From Corallochytrium limacisporum Hawaii (lineage: Eukaryota > Protista > Pluriformea): a stretch of 64,000 nucleotides of DNA. This document shows, in pieces, positions 9,264 to 20,266 of this stretch. Where the stretch lies: contig PDIP01000010.1 of assembly GCA_002811645.1 (NCBI GenBank), positions 62,001 through 126,000 of the forward strand, given 5' to 3'. A program made the translations under genes and the position numbers. Positions within the stretch are counted from its first letter, which is position 1, and the number at the start of each line of letters is the position of its first letter. The notes under the pieces were generated by a model. It was not told where the DNA came from. It was given only the letters and a program-made list of their open reading frames with translations, and made no database searches.

Positions 9264-10157
9264 ATGGAAGACGACACAGCGGAAGGCATCCCGACCAGGG
9301 TGTTCATCGCCATCGTGACAGCAGTAGCTGGATTACTAGGGCTTGTAGCATTGCGAATCTACGAACGGAGGACCAATGTTGGCGTGAACGATACTGAAGA
9401 GGATGAACCAGCCAGAAATTTTATTTTCAACATAGATGAAGATCCGCGTCAGGCGCACACCCAACAGCACCGAGCAGCACCAGCGTCTACCTCTGCAGGA
9501 CCGGGAACGAGTCGCAAGGGCACGAAGTACATGCAAAAACAGGAGCGCAAGCAGGCCATGGCTCGGTATAGAGAAGCCCAAGAGGCACAGCGGGAGGAAA
9601 AAGAGCGTCGCGAGGAGGAATGGCGGAAATTGCAGAAGAAACGTGAGGAGGCCCAGGAGAAGGCGGCAAAACGTGAGCAGGCCAAGCTTGATATGGAGCT
9701 GGCAAAACGTGAAGCAGAGGAAGAAAAGGCATACAAGAAACTCCGTGGTCAATTCGAGGTTGCAGAGACCGGAGAAGATGGCGATGGAGATCTGGAAGAC
9801 GGAGAGCAAATCGCTATGCAATCAACCTCGGCATTCGTTGAATACATCCAGCGGCACCGTCTGGTCCGGTTGGCGCGGTTGGGCGGTGAGTCTGGCCTTA
9901 GTGTGCCCCAAGTCGCGGAGCGAATCCAAAGCCTTGAAGAGGACGGTCAATTGCGGGGCGTCTTTGATGGCAGAGGCACATACATATACCTCGAGCAAGA
10001 GGACTACGAAGCGCTGGCTGAATTCGTTGCCGACAGGGGAAGGGTAAGCATCCCGGAGATCACAGCCTTCTTGAACTCAGGACTTGCAGCCAAGCTCCAT
10101 CAAGCTGCAGAGAATGCCTCTCAAGTCAACGACGGAAGTGAGGCTGAAGGTGGATAA
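9264..10157 (+). CDS. DDRGK1: DDRGK domain-containing protein 1 (UFBP1), UFMylation E3 adaptor
   Basis: N-terminal TM anchor, long E/K/R coiled coil, YKKLRGQFEVAETG (resembles YLKLKEAFVVEEEG), winged-helix domain with GVFDGRGTYIYL and RGRVSI. Confidence 0.9.
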   Translation: MEDDTAEGIPTRVFIAIVTAVAGLLGLVALRIYERRTNVGVNDTEEDEPARNFIFNIDEDPRQAHTQQHRAAPASTSAGPGTSRKGTKYMQKQERKQAMARYREAQEAQREEKERREEEWRKLQKKREEAQEKAAKREQAKLDMELAKREAEEEKAYKKLRGQFEVAETGEDGDGDLEDGEQIAMQSTSAFVEYIQRHRLVRLARLGGESGLSVPQVAERIQSLEEDGQLRGVFDGRGTYIYLEQEDYEALAEFVADRGRVSIPEITAFLNSGLAAKLHQAAENASQVNDGSEAEGG

Positions 10158-10217
10158 TACTAACCTGTTCATAAATAGTGTACCATAGTGTAGTTTTTTA
10201 ATGTTACCACCTAAAGA

Positions 10218-10649
10218 TCATGAACCCTTGGTTTCTTTCAACATCGTCTCCAGAGCCTGTTTGTGTGCGCTCTTGCATTTATCTAAACGTTCCATACGTA
10301 GAAGAGCCTCATTTACAGCGGTACGCAGGTTAGATGTGCCCACATTCATATGACTCTTGATGGTTTCTGGACTCGGTGGTCTTGCCGCAGAATCGTCTTT
10401 GGCCTCTTCCTCACCCAAGGCAGCGCCTACTCGTGCTGCAGGTGTGATCCGATCACCCCGGTTGTATACCAATTGCAGTCCATTCGAAACATCCATGTGC
10501 TGCCGGCTCCTTAAGTGCGCGTCTGTTTCGGCCACGCAGGAACCTGCAACCCGCCGTTGCGGTTCAACGAAGCGTGCGTTCCATTCATTTTCCAGATGCC
10601 GCTGGAACACCCTTGGTCTTCCGCCTCCTGTTCTTACAAAGTAATCCAT
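10218..10649 (-). CDS. Hypothetical protein (143 aa)
   Basis: ATG-initiated ORF ending 60 bp from the DDRGK1 stop, matching the tight convergent layout of real genes here; helical C-terminus; no family recognised. Confidence 0.55.
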   Translation of the reverse strand: MDYFVRTGGGRPRVFQRHLENEWNARFVEPQRRVAGSCVAETDAHLRSRQHMDVSNGLQLVYNRGDRITPAARVGAALGEEEAKDDSAARPPSPETIKSHMNVGTSNLRTAVNEALLRMERLDKCKSAHKQALETMLKETKGS

Positions 10650-11849
10650 CCTGCCTTAGAAGCCACCCTCCACTCTTTGATATGTACTATATTTCAAAAA
10701 CCGTCGGTGAATGACACTACGCCAAATAGCAGCCCAAAACATCAAGCATATGCTCAGTCCGACTGTGCCTATGCTTCGTCCGTTTCCGCCGACATCTCAG
10801 CCCGCGCATCCGAACTGGCTGCTGCCCCTCTCTGTGGCAGTCCGGCTCTCTTTTCTCCACACATTCACTATGAACAGTACATTCAGTATCTGATTTTCGC
10901 GTCCAACCTTACGTTCCATACATTCACTATGAGATCCGGCACCTTTGACTGGGGGTCCGATGGTCCGGTGCTGCGGCTGTAGTACTGTGGACTGTGTGCC
11001 CTGCTCGATACCGCAGTGTGCATGCATCAATGTGCGTAAGTGTAGCCTCTAATGGTAGTGTGAGAATGAGAAAAATGGGAAACGAATGGTAAAAGAGGCA
11101 GGGTGAGCCATTAGGGGCCACACGGTGGGACATCGCACATTGGCCAAGCCAGAGGTGTCATAGACCGTGGTTTAAATTCCAATTGTTCCACTTCACGGCA
11201 AAGCGCGGGCAAGCATTTCATCAGATGCGGCAGGAAACACGTTAGTTCCGAAGCAAACGGTCGGGGACGAGGTACTGGTTGTGCGAAGGCAGAGGTAGAT
11301 GCGCGGTGTGGAAGAAACTCTTGGGGAAAACACTGACAAGACGTCACGATTTCACGGAGACAGCAGGAGGATACATAGGGAAGGAAATAACGTCAAGAAA
11401 TAAGTATAAATCCCGCTTTGCCCTCCTTGACTTCTCTTATCACGCGGTCTGTCGAACTGATGATGGCTGGTTGGACGGCGAGAGTGTGGGCGATTTGTGA
11501 GGGACCCAAATCCTCAATGTCCCAGCTGCGAAGTCAAAATTTGCTCACTCTCTGGTGGGTAGATTTAGTCCAATAGATCACTGTGCGGGATAAACGACCT
11601 CTCAACCTCAGGAAAAATGCACTGGTCGGAAAACCCGCGCAGTTTGTCGTCAGATTTATGTCTTGGTATCATGTGTGGCGATAATGCAAGCAAGGGAACT
11701 TCATCGGTACGATGGTGATGCTAAGGATGTGCCACAAGAACATGGTTTTCGGTGGTACAAGAAACCTATGACTACTATTGACCTATGTGACCATTGGCGG
11801 GTCTGATCAAGTCGGGATAATTCATATTTCCAGGACTTTTGGGCTAAGT

Positions 11850-13364
11850 ATGGTGTCCATGAAGCTTACCAGCACAGCACTGCGTCGCAGTGCTGTGTAT
11901 AGTCAGCGTCGCTTCCTGAGCGTCGGTCGCCCGCTCCTACAGGGCGAGCCGGCTACTGCAGACGGCTCCCAGGCCCACCAAGGTCACCGCTCCCTCCGCG
12001 AAGTTGATCCTGAGGTGTTCGATCTCATCAACCGGGAGAAGCAGCGTCAGATCAGGGGTCTTGAGCTGATCGCCAGTGAAAATTTTACTTCTCGGGCGGT
12101 AATGGAGGCTGTGGGGTCTTGTTTGACGAACAAGTACTCAGAGGGTTACCCTGGGGCACGCTACTACGGTGGTAATCAGGTCTGCGACGAGGCTGAGCGT
12201 TTGTGCCAAAAACGCGCTCTGGAGCTGTATCGCTTGGACCCTGAGCTGTGGGGTGTCAATGTACAGCCTTACTCTGGTTCACCTGCTAACTTCGCTGTGT
12301 ACACTGGTCTGCTGAAGCCTCATGATCGCATCATGGGACTGGATCTGCCCCATGGTGGTCATCTCACTCACGGATACATGACCCCCACGAAGCGCATCAG
12401 TGCCACCTCAATTTTCTTTGAAAGCATGCCATACCGCCTGGGTGCTGATGGACACATTGACTATGATGCTCTGGAAAAGAACGCTGAGCTATTTCGCCCC
12501 AAGATCATCATCGCCGGTACCAGTGCCTATAGCCGACTGATCGACTACGAACGCATGCGCAAGATCACTGAGAAAGTTGGTGCCACCCTGCTAGCTGATA
12601 TGGCACACGTCAGTGGTCTTGTTGCTGCCGATGTCATCCCGTCTCCCTTCGACCACGCAGAGGTCGTCACCACCACCACGCACAAGAGCCTGCGGGCCAC
12701 CCGGGCGGGACTGATTTTCTATCGCAAGGGGGTGAAGAAGACGCTGAAGAGTGGAAAGCAGGTTATGTACGATCTCAAGGACAAGATCGACTTTGCCGTA
12801 TTCCCGAGTTTGCAGGGTGGACCCCATAATCACGCTATTGCCGGTGTGTCCGTAGGTATGAAGGAAGCCATGCAGCCGGAATTCAAGGAATACCAGGTGC
12901 AGGTCCTGAAGAATGCCAAAGCCATGTGCCAGGCGTTGCTAGACAAGGGCTACTCTGTAGTCAGCGGTGGCACCGACAATCATCTGGTCCTGGTTGACCT
13001 GAAGCCTCGGGGAATCGATGGAGCTCGTCTAGAGCATCTGCTGGATCAGGTCCATATTACGGCAAACAAGAACACCGTCCCCGGTGACAAGAGCGCCATG
13101 GTACCAGGTGGTATGCGCCTGGGTGCCCCCGCTCTGACCACCCGTGGTTTCACTGAGGATGATTTTGTCAAGACTGTCGAGTTTATTGACCGTGCCGTAG
13201 ATATGGCCGTTGAAATGAAGAAAGAGGCTGGTCCGAAGGTGGCTGATTTCAAGGCCTTTGTTGACGGCGTCACTGGCAAGCACGCCGATGATATCAAGCA
13301 GCTTGGTGATGAAGTTCAGACCTTTGCCTCTAAGTTTCCTATGCCTGGCCACGAGGACTACTGA
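11850..13364 (+). CDS. SHMT2: Serine hydroxymethyltransferase, mitochondrial
   Basis: [34 protein letters not shown]-lysine motif [16 protein letters not shown]. An Arg/Ser-rich presequence follows ATG 11850. Confidence 0.97.
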   Translation: MVSMKLTSTALRRSAVYSQRRFLSVGRPLLQGEPATADGSQAHQGHRSLREVDPEVFDLINREKQRQIRGLELIASENFTSRAVMEAVGSCLTNKYSEGYPGARYYGGNQVCDEAERLCQKRALELYRLDPELWGVNVQPYSGSPANFAVYTGLLKPHDRIMGLDLPHGGHLTHGYMTPTKRISATSIFFESMPYRLGADGHIDYDALEKNAELFRPKIIIAGTSAYSRLIDYERMRKITEKVGATLLADMAHVSGLVAADVIPSPFDHAEVVTTTTHKSLRATRAGLIFYRKGVKKTLKSGKQVMYDLKDKIDFAVFPSLQGGPHNHAIAGVSVGMKEAMQPEFKEYQVQVLKNAKAMCQALLDKGYSVVSGGTDNHLVLVDLKPRGIDGARLEHLLDQVHITANKNTVPGDKSAMVPGGMRLGAPALTTRGFTEDDFVKTVEFIDRAVDMAVEMKKEAGPKVADFKAFVDGVTGKHADDIKQLGDEVQTFASKFPMPGHEDY

Positions 13365-13491
13365 ATCGCATAGCCACCTCTTGTCGTAGCAAAGTGAAAT
13401 CATTAGCATCTAATTCTGACATTTTCATGGAAATCACAAGACCATATGCATACACACAGATCATCTCTATGGACTATTCTACATATCTAGT

Positions 13492-15237
13492 TTACATATC
13501 ACCGTCTTCATCAGTGTGGTAACGTCTATGTGCTTCGATGGCATACGTCGGAAGCACCAATTGACAGTCGGGACATTTCCATCGCCGTGCTTTGGATAGT
13601 GGTGGCTGCTCACTGGCTTCCGGTGAAGGAGAATGTGATCGTTTTAATGCACCGCTTGTTTGGGGCTCAAGATGCATCCCAAGGGTCTCAGCGTCCGCTC
13701 TCTGAATCTCTTGCTGGATTTCTGATGGCAGGGATTCCCAGACTTCAGGATCGATCCCATCCGGCAGCGGCGATATACGCTGCAGAGGTTCTTTGTCCGC
13801 GTCCTTCTCTTCATCACAATTCCCAATAGAGAAGTACTTTGTGAGTCGATTGGATTCGAACGGTTCAAAACTTGCTGCCGTGACGCCCAGCAACGTCAAG
13901 TGGTATTCTTGACCCTTTGGGATGATCTTGCGGAATAGGCCAAGTGACAACTCTAGGAGCTTGTCGATTCGGGACTCGTTGTCCATGTCCGTAGCAGAAA
14001 AGATTGCCGGTGGTAGCTGACACTGCCTTGACTCCCGCCGTTGTCGTGATTTGCGAGCGTGCAAGCGAAATACGGTAGGAGCACGCTGAAATCTCTCCCG
14101 GTCCTCGTCGAGACGCGTTAGCAGGTACCGCAAGAGCTCTTCAATCCGTTCCCTGAGATCGCAGTCCTCTGTGCACGCCAGGAAGGAATCTTCTTCACTG
14201 ATTGATTTGGGTGCATCATTGTGTTGGATAACCGGGGATAGATCTACGCCTCGAGCCAGACGGTATATCTCCTTGGCCATACGCGGAGCGCAGACTGTCT
14301 CAATATCCTTCAGCGATAGTTCCTGAAGCTGTGCGATTGTCTCAAGGCCATCAAACGCTGCCCGCAGCTTTGACGTCGTGGAATATCCAATCCCAGGTAC
14401 CTTTCGAATTTGCAGGGGCCGAATCAACGCACTCTCACCATCTGCCAAAATGACACATTGATGATCTGGCTTGCGGCGTCCAGATATCAGCTTGGCCATT
14501 AGTTTTGAATGTCCCACGCCGGCGCAGGACCCGTAGCCGAGTTCACTTTTCATCCGCTGCCGAATTCGAGCCGCTATTTCAGATCCAGCAGCTAGTCGCT
14601 CATGACAACCACAAGAACCATCGGTGCAGTCCTTTCCAATGGTGGATTGGTCCGCAATTTCTTCTACGCCTTCATCATGGGAGCTCCTCTTGGGCCCAAA
14701 CACGTGACCCTTGAAGGCATAGCGACCTTGTGATGTAGTCTGCGATTCACCACCATTTCCTTCAAGCATCGAGTGCACCAGATCTGTTACGTCAAGGAAC
14801 ATCTCGTCCATGACGAGTTTCTCGACTGGCACGAACGGCTCTCCCTTGATCTCGTCCTTGACCAGTTTGTATATCTCCCTACTTGCAAGCCTATATCTGT
14901 GAATTTCTGATCCGGAAATAATACGCAGATGCGGACACTTAGCGACGGCATCGGCAATGAATTGTAGCTTTCCAACTCCATATTTTCTTGCCGGGTAGTT
15001 GCAGGTGACGATAATGTTCTTCTGTTGGATTCCTAGAGGTACATCCCGAAGCAACGGGTCTCGTATCATCTCCACCTGAGCATAAAAACAATCCAGGTCA
15101 ATGTGTATAATCACCTTCCGGTGACTATGAAAGGACTCAAGCCCGTCATTGATCGTTTCATCAATAGTGTCCCCGTTCTCATGGTCCGCTATGCAGTCAA
15201 CCAGATCAGCCAGTGCCTGGGACTCTCTACCCATCAT
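13492..15237 (-). CDS. POLI: DNA polymerase iota (Y family)
   Basis: IIHIDLDCFYAQVEM...PLGIQQKNIIVTCNYPARKYGV, DE catalytic motif (MDEMFLD), VPGIG HhH, UBM LPDGIDPEVWESLPSEIQQEI, C-terminal C2H2 finger. Confidence 0.92.
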   Translation of the reverse strand: MMGRESQALADLVDCIADHENGDTIDETINDGLESFHSHRKVIIHIDLDCFYAQVEMIRDPLLRDVPLGIQQKNIIVTCNYPARKYGVGKLQFIADAVAKCPHLRIISGSEIHRYRLASREIYKLVKDEIKGEPFVPVEKLVMDEMFLDVTDLVHSMLEGNGGESQTTSQGRYAFKGHVFGPKRSSHDEGVEEIADQSTIGKDCTDGSCGCHERLAAGSEIAARIRQRMKSELGYGSCAGVGHSKLMAKLISGRRKPDHQCVILADGESALIRPLQIRKVPGIGYSTTSKLRAAFDGLETIAQLQELSLKDIETVCAPRMAKEIYRLARGVDLSPVIQHNDAPKSISEEDSFLACTEDCDLRERIEELLRYLLTRLDEDRERFQRAPTVFRLHARKSRQRRESRQCQLPPAIFSATDMDNESRIDKLLELSLGLFRKIIPKGQEYHLTLLGVTAASFEPFESNRLTKYFSIGNCDEEKDADKEPLQRISPLPDGIDPEVWESLPSEIQQEIQRADAETLGMHLEPQTSGALKRSHSPSPEASEQPPLSKARRWKCPDCQLVLPTYAIEAHRRYHTDEDGDM

Positions 15238-15609
15238 GGCTGACGCCCTGGTATGCTCACATTCGGTGACATTGCGTGGTTATGTTTGTCCAACGTTTCG
15301 TGTATGTCATCATGCTTTAGTTTTGTATCATCCTACTTGCCCATTGGGAGCCACGGATGCCTAAAAGTACCAGACCGTGGATGAATTCGACCGGTAGGTG
15401 ATGCGTCCAGGCGCCTGACCTCAGAGTGCTAGACTCGATCCAAGGGACGGCCCGGAAATATTTCATACAAATCTGCCTTGTGAAAATTGGTCACACATCC
15501 AGTATATTATATACTAATTTTTCTCCACAGCCGACACTGGTATATTCAGTATTGGAAGCCAGTGTCTCCTCACTTAACTCCGCTTTCAGACGGATTTCAC
15601 CTTCCGTTA

Positions 15610-15682
15610 TCCTCCGTAGCTCAGTCGGTAGAGCATGGGACTTTTAATCCCAGGGTCGTGGGTTCGAGCCCCGCCGGAGGAG
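15610..15682 (+). tRNA. tRNA-Lys (anticodon UUU), intronless
   Basis: Acceptor stem TCCTCCG/CGGAGGA plus discriminator G, D arm GCTCAGTCGGTAGAGC, anticodon arm TGGGA-CT-TTT-AA-TCCCA, T arm GTGGG-TTCGAGC-CCCGC. Confidence 0.97.
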
Positions 15683-15687
15683 GGGAC

Positions 15688-15696
15688 TTTTTTTTT
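15688..15696 (+). terminator. RNA polymerase III oligo-dT terminator
   Basis: T9 run 5 nt downstream of the tRNA, followed by a second longer T run. Confidence 0.85.
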
Positions 15697-15972
15697 CCTC
15701 TTTTTTTTTTTTGTACCTCCCCGGGGGGGGGGTTTTTGGAGTTTTGGGCCCTTGTTTCACTACATAACTGCCAGGACATAGGACCGGAACCTTCTTTTGC
15801 CACGTCCAAGGGTCTCGTGTCCGACTAGGAGAGGATTCTATGTTTGTCTTTGACTTCTGAATTGGTGAACACCACAGCGTCGTCATGGCTGATTGCGCAG
15901 GTACTTTGGGAGTGTTGTTTGGCATTCCATGGTCAACTGTGTGCTAGTAGCTGTACCTACTACCCGGAAGCC

Positions 15973-16698
15973 ATGGGACGAGTAGCGATTCTTTCAGCGA
16001 TCGGCGTCGTGCTGGCCGCGGGTGCGCACGCCGCCGGGAGATTTGTGCCGTTACCGGTACAAATCCCATTTTACTGGCTTGGTCTGAACTTTGTGGCTGC
16101 AGCAATGAGTCATATTGCAAATAGTCCAGCCGTCTATGGAAAAAATAGACAGACGGGTGGTTTAGGGATTTTGTATAGTATATTCTGGTTGCCTCTGAGA
16201 CTGCTGATGATCTTCAACCTGAGACTCTATGATCGGTTTCTCCGCTCGAAAGGGCTAGAAGGAGCGTGCGAGGTCAGTTCAAACATTTGGATCAGTTCAT
16301 ACTGCTCGATGGAAAAGGCTGTGACTGACTCGCACAAGTCTGCCATTGTCGATGTGACTGCGGAATTGCCGAAAGGCACCGGTCATTTATGTACGCGACC
16401 TTATATGTGCCCCGCGGCATTGGACGGGTTTCCACCGGAGCCTGCCGAGATCCATAAGGCAGCCTTGTTTATCCGGGAACATGTGAATAGTGGACATCGC
16501 GTCGTGGTACATTGCGCATTCGGTATCGGGAGATCGACAACTGTGGCATGCGCGGGGATGGTTCTCCTGGGGCGTGCTGCAGACTGGGAAGAGGCATTCA
16601 ACGCGATCAAGAAGAAACGACGCATTGTGCGGCTGACATCCAAATACAAGGCGGCCCTTCGGAAATGGACAGAAGATTACGCTTTAAAATCGAAGTAA
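15973..16698 (+). CDS. Membrane-anchored dual-specificity phosphatase (YnbD C-terminal-like)
   Basis: Hydrophobic N-terminal segments, AIVDVTAELP, acid loop ALDG, CX5R motif VVVHCAFGIGRS. First ATG is at 15973. Confidence 0.85.
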   Translation: MGRVAILSAIGVVLAAGAHAAGRFVPLPVQIPFYWLGLNFVAAAMSHIANSPAVYGKNRQTGGLGILYSIFWLPLRLLMIFNLRLYDRFLRSKGLEGACEVSSNIWISSYCSMEKAVTDSHKSAIVDVTAELPKGTGHLCTRPYMCPAALDGFPPEPAEIHKAALFIREHVNSGHRVVVHCAFGIGRSTTVACAGMVLLGRAADWEEAFNAIKKKRRIVRLTSKYKAALRKWTEDYALKSK

Positions 16699-17204
16699 GG
16701 ACAATGTGACATAGGCATCAAGTTCAACATGAAGCATGTAATATAAACACATCATATACGTAGATCCAGCAGTATCAAAAGGACGCCTTAGAGTCCGGAT
16801 TTCCGCGATACCCTAGACCAATGCGAGAGGGCCCCAAGGGCATAATCAAGGGTGATTGTCTGCAAAACTCTCTTCCTTATCCATACCAGCACTGAAACAA
16901 CGGCGATTTTGGTTGAGTGTGCGCCATAGTGAACATTTCGGTCCCCTTTCCCGGCCCAATTTCTGCGTGCTAAACCATTTAATCATTTAGTTAGGGTAAT
17001 AGTTTTTTCTTGTTTTGCCAACGAAGGAGACACAATTTACATAGGTGTACAGTTGAGAATAGGGAATGGGACGGGTCCCCATAGTGAAAGTACCGTCGCT
17101 TCCATCCATCACGCGCGCTGCTGGCAGTACCGGCTGTGTGTGTGTACGGATGCGCTTTTCTCGTTTGCGTGGAGTCCGCGCACCCCCGCCCTCCCCCCCC
17201 CGGG

Positions 17205-17251
17205 NNNNNNNNNNNNNNNNNNNNNNNNNNNNNNNNNNNNNNNNNNNNNNN
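17205..17251. other. Assembly gap (47 N)
   Basis: N run flanked by near-identical ~45-bp copies ending in C/G homopolymers. Confidence 0.95.
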
Positions 17252-18350
17252 NTTTCTCGTTTGCGTGGAGTCCGCGCCCCCCCGCCCTCCCCCCCCCGGG
17301 GGGGGGGGTGTAGAGGGCTCGTGTTTCACTTCAAGGTCATTGAACTTCGCTGGCTGTTGTTGTGACTTTCGCGGTCTCCGTCCGGATCAACGGGACTTGT
17401 CTCTCTGTCTGTGGTAGAGGGCTCGGAAGACTGGCAGCACGCAGGGGACTGCAAAAAGAAAAAGAAAGGGCGAAGGAGAGGGGGGGGGAACGCCAGCGCA
17501 GCAACAGCCCGGCAACTGGGACTGTGTTCTTCTGAGCGCCACACCTCCCTCTCCACTTCGCTGCCTGTTTTCCCGGGGCGGAGAGGGACCCTGTACGTCT
17601 GTTGGGTGCATGTGTTCACAACGGCTGGTAACTCTTCGGCGGCAAGATAGTTACTCCCAGCAGTTCAGTACTGTCGTGGAGACTTCTTGGTTGAGGATCC
17701 GGGAATAACGAAACTGTGAAAACAACAACGAACAAACACATTTTGGGCTATGCCAAAACGGAGGCGCTCTCGGCGGGAGGAAGGGGAGCAAATTCATCTC
17801 GAAGGAACCACGAACGGCAACCCAATTAACCAGTCTACTATAAACCGCCAACTCTCTGCTCGGTACAAAGCCGCCAAGGAATAGGGGGAACATTATGGGA
17901 CCGTCGTTGGAGGGAAGGATGAAGGAAAAACGCGACCGGAGCAGCGGACCAAGAGCGAAAGGAATAACGCCGTCTGGACTGAAAAGAGCACTAACGTTGC
18001 TGTATCCGTCCCTGGAACACCTGCAAGATTTTTGCTCTTGTATGCATGGACTGGCCTTGTCGTAGTTTAAAGCGCTCGCAACTGCTTTGGGAGTATCAGA
18101 GGATACCGACGAGAAAGGGCATACATGACGATATTTTCACAGTCCACAATGATAATGTTCCCGGCTGGTTGGTATTTAAATAGAATGACAATGTGGACGA
18201 CTTATAATCTTGTGCATTTGATGTGATCGAAGAATAGTACATGTGATATTAGGACCTGACCAACTATTCGGTGCATCTTCCTAGTCTGCGATTAATTAAG
18301 TGGCAGTTTTGAGGTGCGCAAGTCAGGAAATCACACACATAGCAAACAAA

Positions 18351-20126
18351 ATGGCGGACGATAATATGGGTGCTGAGGAGCCTCTGGCTCCAATTGTGGT
18401 GCTGATTCAAGAATTGCGGGCAGAAGATGTTGAACAACGGTTGCAGTCTATTACTCGCATCGGCACTATCGCATTGGCTTTGGGTGAAAAGCGCACTCGG
18501 GAAGAACTAATGCCCTTCTTGACAGATTCAATTGACGATGACGACGAAATTTTGCTTGCTCTGGCTGAGCAACTTGGTTACTTTGTTCCTTTGGTGGGCG
18601 GTGAAGAATATGCATACGTTCTGTTGACTCCTCTTGAAACGCTGGCTAACGTGGAAGAAACGATTGTCAGGGATAAGGCTGTCGAAAGTTTGCGTACTAT
18701 TGTTGGCCAGATGCCTCAAGAGCACATTGGTCTGTACTACGTCCCCCTCCTCAAGCGGTTGGCTTCGGGTGAGTGGTTCACCAGCCGCTGCTCAGCATGC
18801 GGTCTGTTCGAGCCCATCTACGATAATGTCAACGCGGAGACACAGGCAGAGCTTCTGGGTTTGTTTAAGGATCTGTGCCATGATGACACTCCCATGGTTC
18901 GCCGTGCAGCTGCTGGACGTCTCGGTGAACTAGCCCCCAAGGTGGACCAGGCACATGTTGTGTCCAGTATCATCCCTATTCTGCACGACTTGACTAATGA
19001 TGACCAGGATAGTGTACGTCTCTTGGCAGTGGGTGCCGTCGTGAACATCGTGCCGAAGCTGACTCTGCAGGAGAAGATGGATCTCGTCATGCCTAAGCTT
19101 AAAGCATGCTTGGGTGACCGGAGCTGGCGTGTCCGCTACATGGCTGCTGATAATTTCACTGATCTGCAGACAGCTCTGGGTCCTGAAATTACGACTCAAG
19201 TTCTGCTGATGAAGTTTGTTAGCTTGTTGAAGGACACTGAGGCAACCGTACGGACTGCAGCAGCATTCAAGGTTGCCACCTTTGTCGAGAACCTGCCAGA
19301 GGATGTTCGCCAAAAGATCCTGATTCAGGACATTCTCCCTTGTATTCAGTCTCTTGCGAAGGACAGTAGTCAGCACGTGCGGGCAGCACTAGCCAGTGTG
19401 ATCATGGGTCTGGCCCCTACATTTGGTAAAGAGGGCACAATCCAGCATCTGCAACCCTTGTTCTTGGAACTTCTTCGAGATGAATTCCCCGAAGTCCGCC
19501 TCAATATCATCTCCAAGCTCGAAGCCGTTGCAAATGTGGTCGGTGTTGACCAACTCAGTGGATCTCTGCTTCCTGCAATTATGGATCTGGCGTCAGACCG
19601 TCAGTGGCGTGTGCGCCTTGCCATAATTGAGTACACACCCCTGGTGGCCCAACAATTGGGCATGGACTTCTTTGACCAGAAGTTGGCTCAGCTGTGCCTC
19701 CAGTGGCTCAGTGACTGCGTATATTCCATTCGTGAGGCTGCGGTAAAGAATCTGAAGGACCTCACCAAAGTCTTTGGCTCGGAATGGTTGAAACGGAGTG
19801 TTCTCCCTACTGTGCTGGAAATGTCTTCCAACGAAAACTACCTGTATCGAATGATTACTCTGTTCTCGATCAGTGCTCTAGCAGCTGATATCCCAAAGGA
19901 TACCCTGCAGGGTGATGTGCTTCCCGTTCTGAGCAAGCTCGCAAAGGACGGTGTGGCCAATGTGCGCTTCAACGTCTCTCGTACCCTGAAGATTCTCATG
20001 GAGGAGGGCCCGGGTAAAGAACTGAAGGGGTCCATCAAACCGATCCTCGCAGAACTGGAAGGCGATGAGGACCTGGATGTCCGGTTCTTTACGGCCGAAG
20101 CCCAGGAGGTGGCTCAGGCTGCGTAA
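18351..20126 (+). CDS. PPP2R1A: Protein phosphatase 2A scaffold subunit A (PR65, HEAT repeats)
   Basis: [69 protein letters not shown]. Confidence 0.97.
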   Translation: MADDNMGAEEPLAPIVVLIQELRAEDVEQRLQSITRIGTIALALGEKRTREELMPFLTDSIDDDDEILLALAEQLGYFVPLVGGEEYAYVLLTPLETLANVEETIVRDKAVESLRTIVGQMPQEHIGLYYVPLLKRLASGEWFTSRCSACGLFEPIYDNVNAETQAELLGLFKDLCHDDTPMVRRAAAGRLGELAPKVDQAHVVSSIIPILHDLTNDDQDSVRLLAVGAVVNIVPKLTLQEKMDLVMPKLKACLGDRSWRVRYMAADNFTDLQTALGPEITTQVLLMKFVSLLKDTEATVRTAAAFKVATFVENLPEDVRQKILIQDILPCIQSLAKDSSQHVRAALASVIMGLAPTFGKEGTIQHLQPLFLELLRDEFPEVRLNIISKLEAVANVVGVDQLSGSLLPAIMDLASDRQWRVRLAIIEYTPLVAQQLGMDFFDQKLAQLCLQWLSDCVYSIREAAVKNLKDLTKVFGSEWLKRSVLPTVLEMSSNENYLYRMITLFSISALAADIPKDTLQGDVLPVLSKLAKDGVANVRFNVSRTLKILMEEGPGKELKGSIKPILAELEGDEDLDVRFFTAEAQEVAQAA

Positions 20127-20266
20127 AGCGGGGCAAACGCTTTATCACTAACATTCTGGAAAAATGCAAATCGTTCATCTTTCACATGACGTACAATAAA
20201 AGATAAAACTTAAAGTCGACAGTGTACTAGACATGTTCTTCAAGCGGTATTCTATTTAGTAGGTGT

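Noticed and set aside
17157-17300. ~45-bp direct repeat on both sides of an N gap
   Set aside because: Most likely an unmerged contig overlap at a C/G homopolymer, not a biological repeat.
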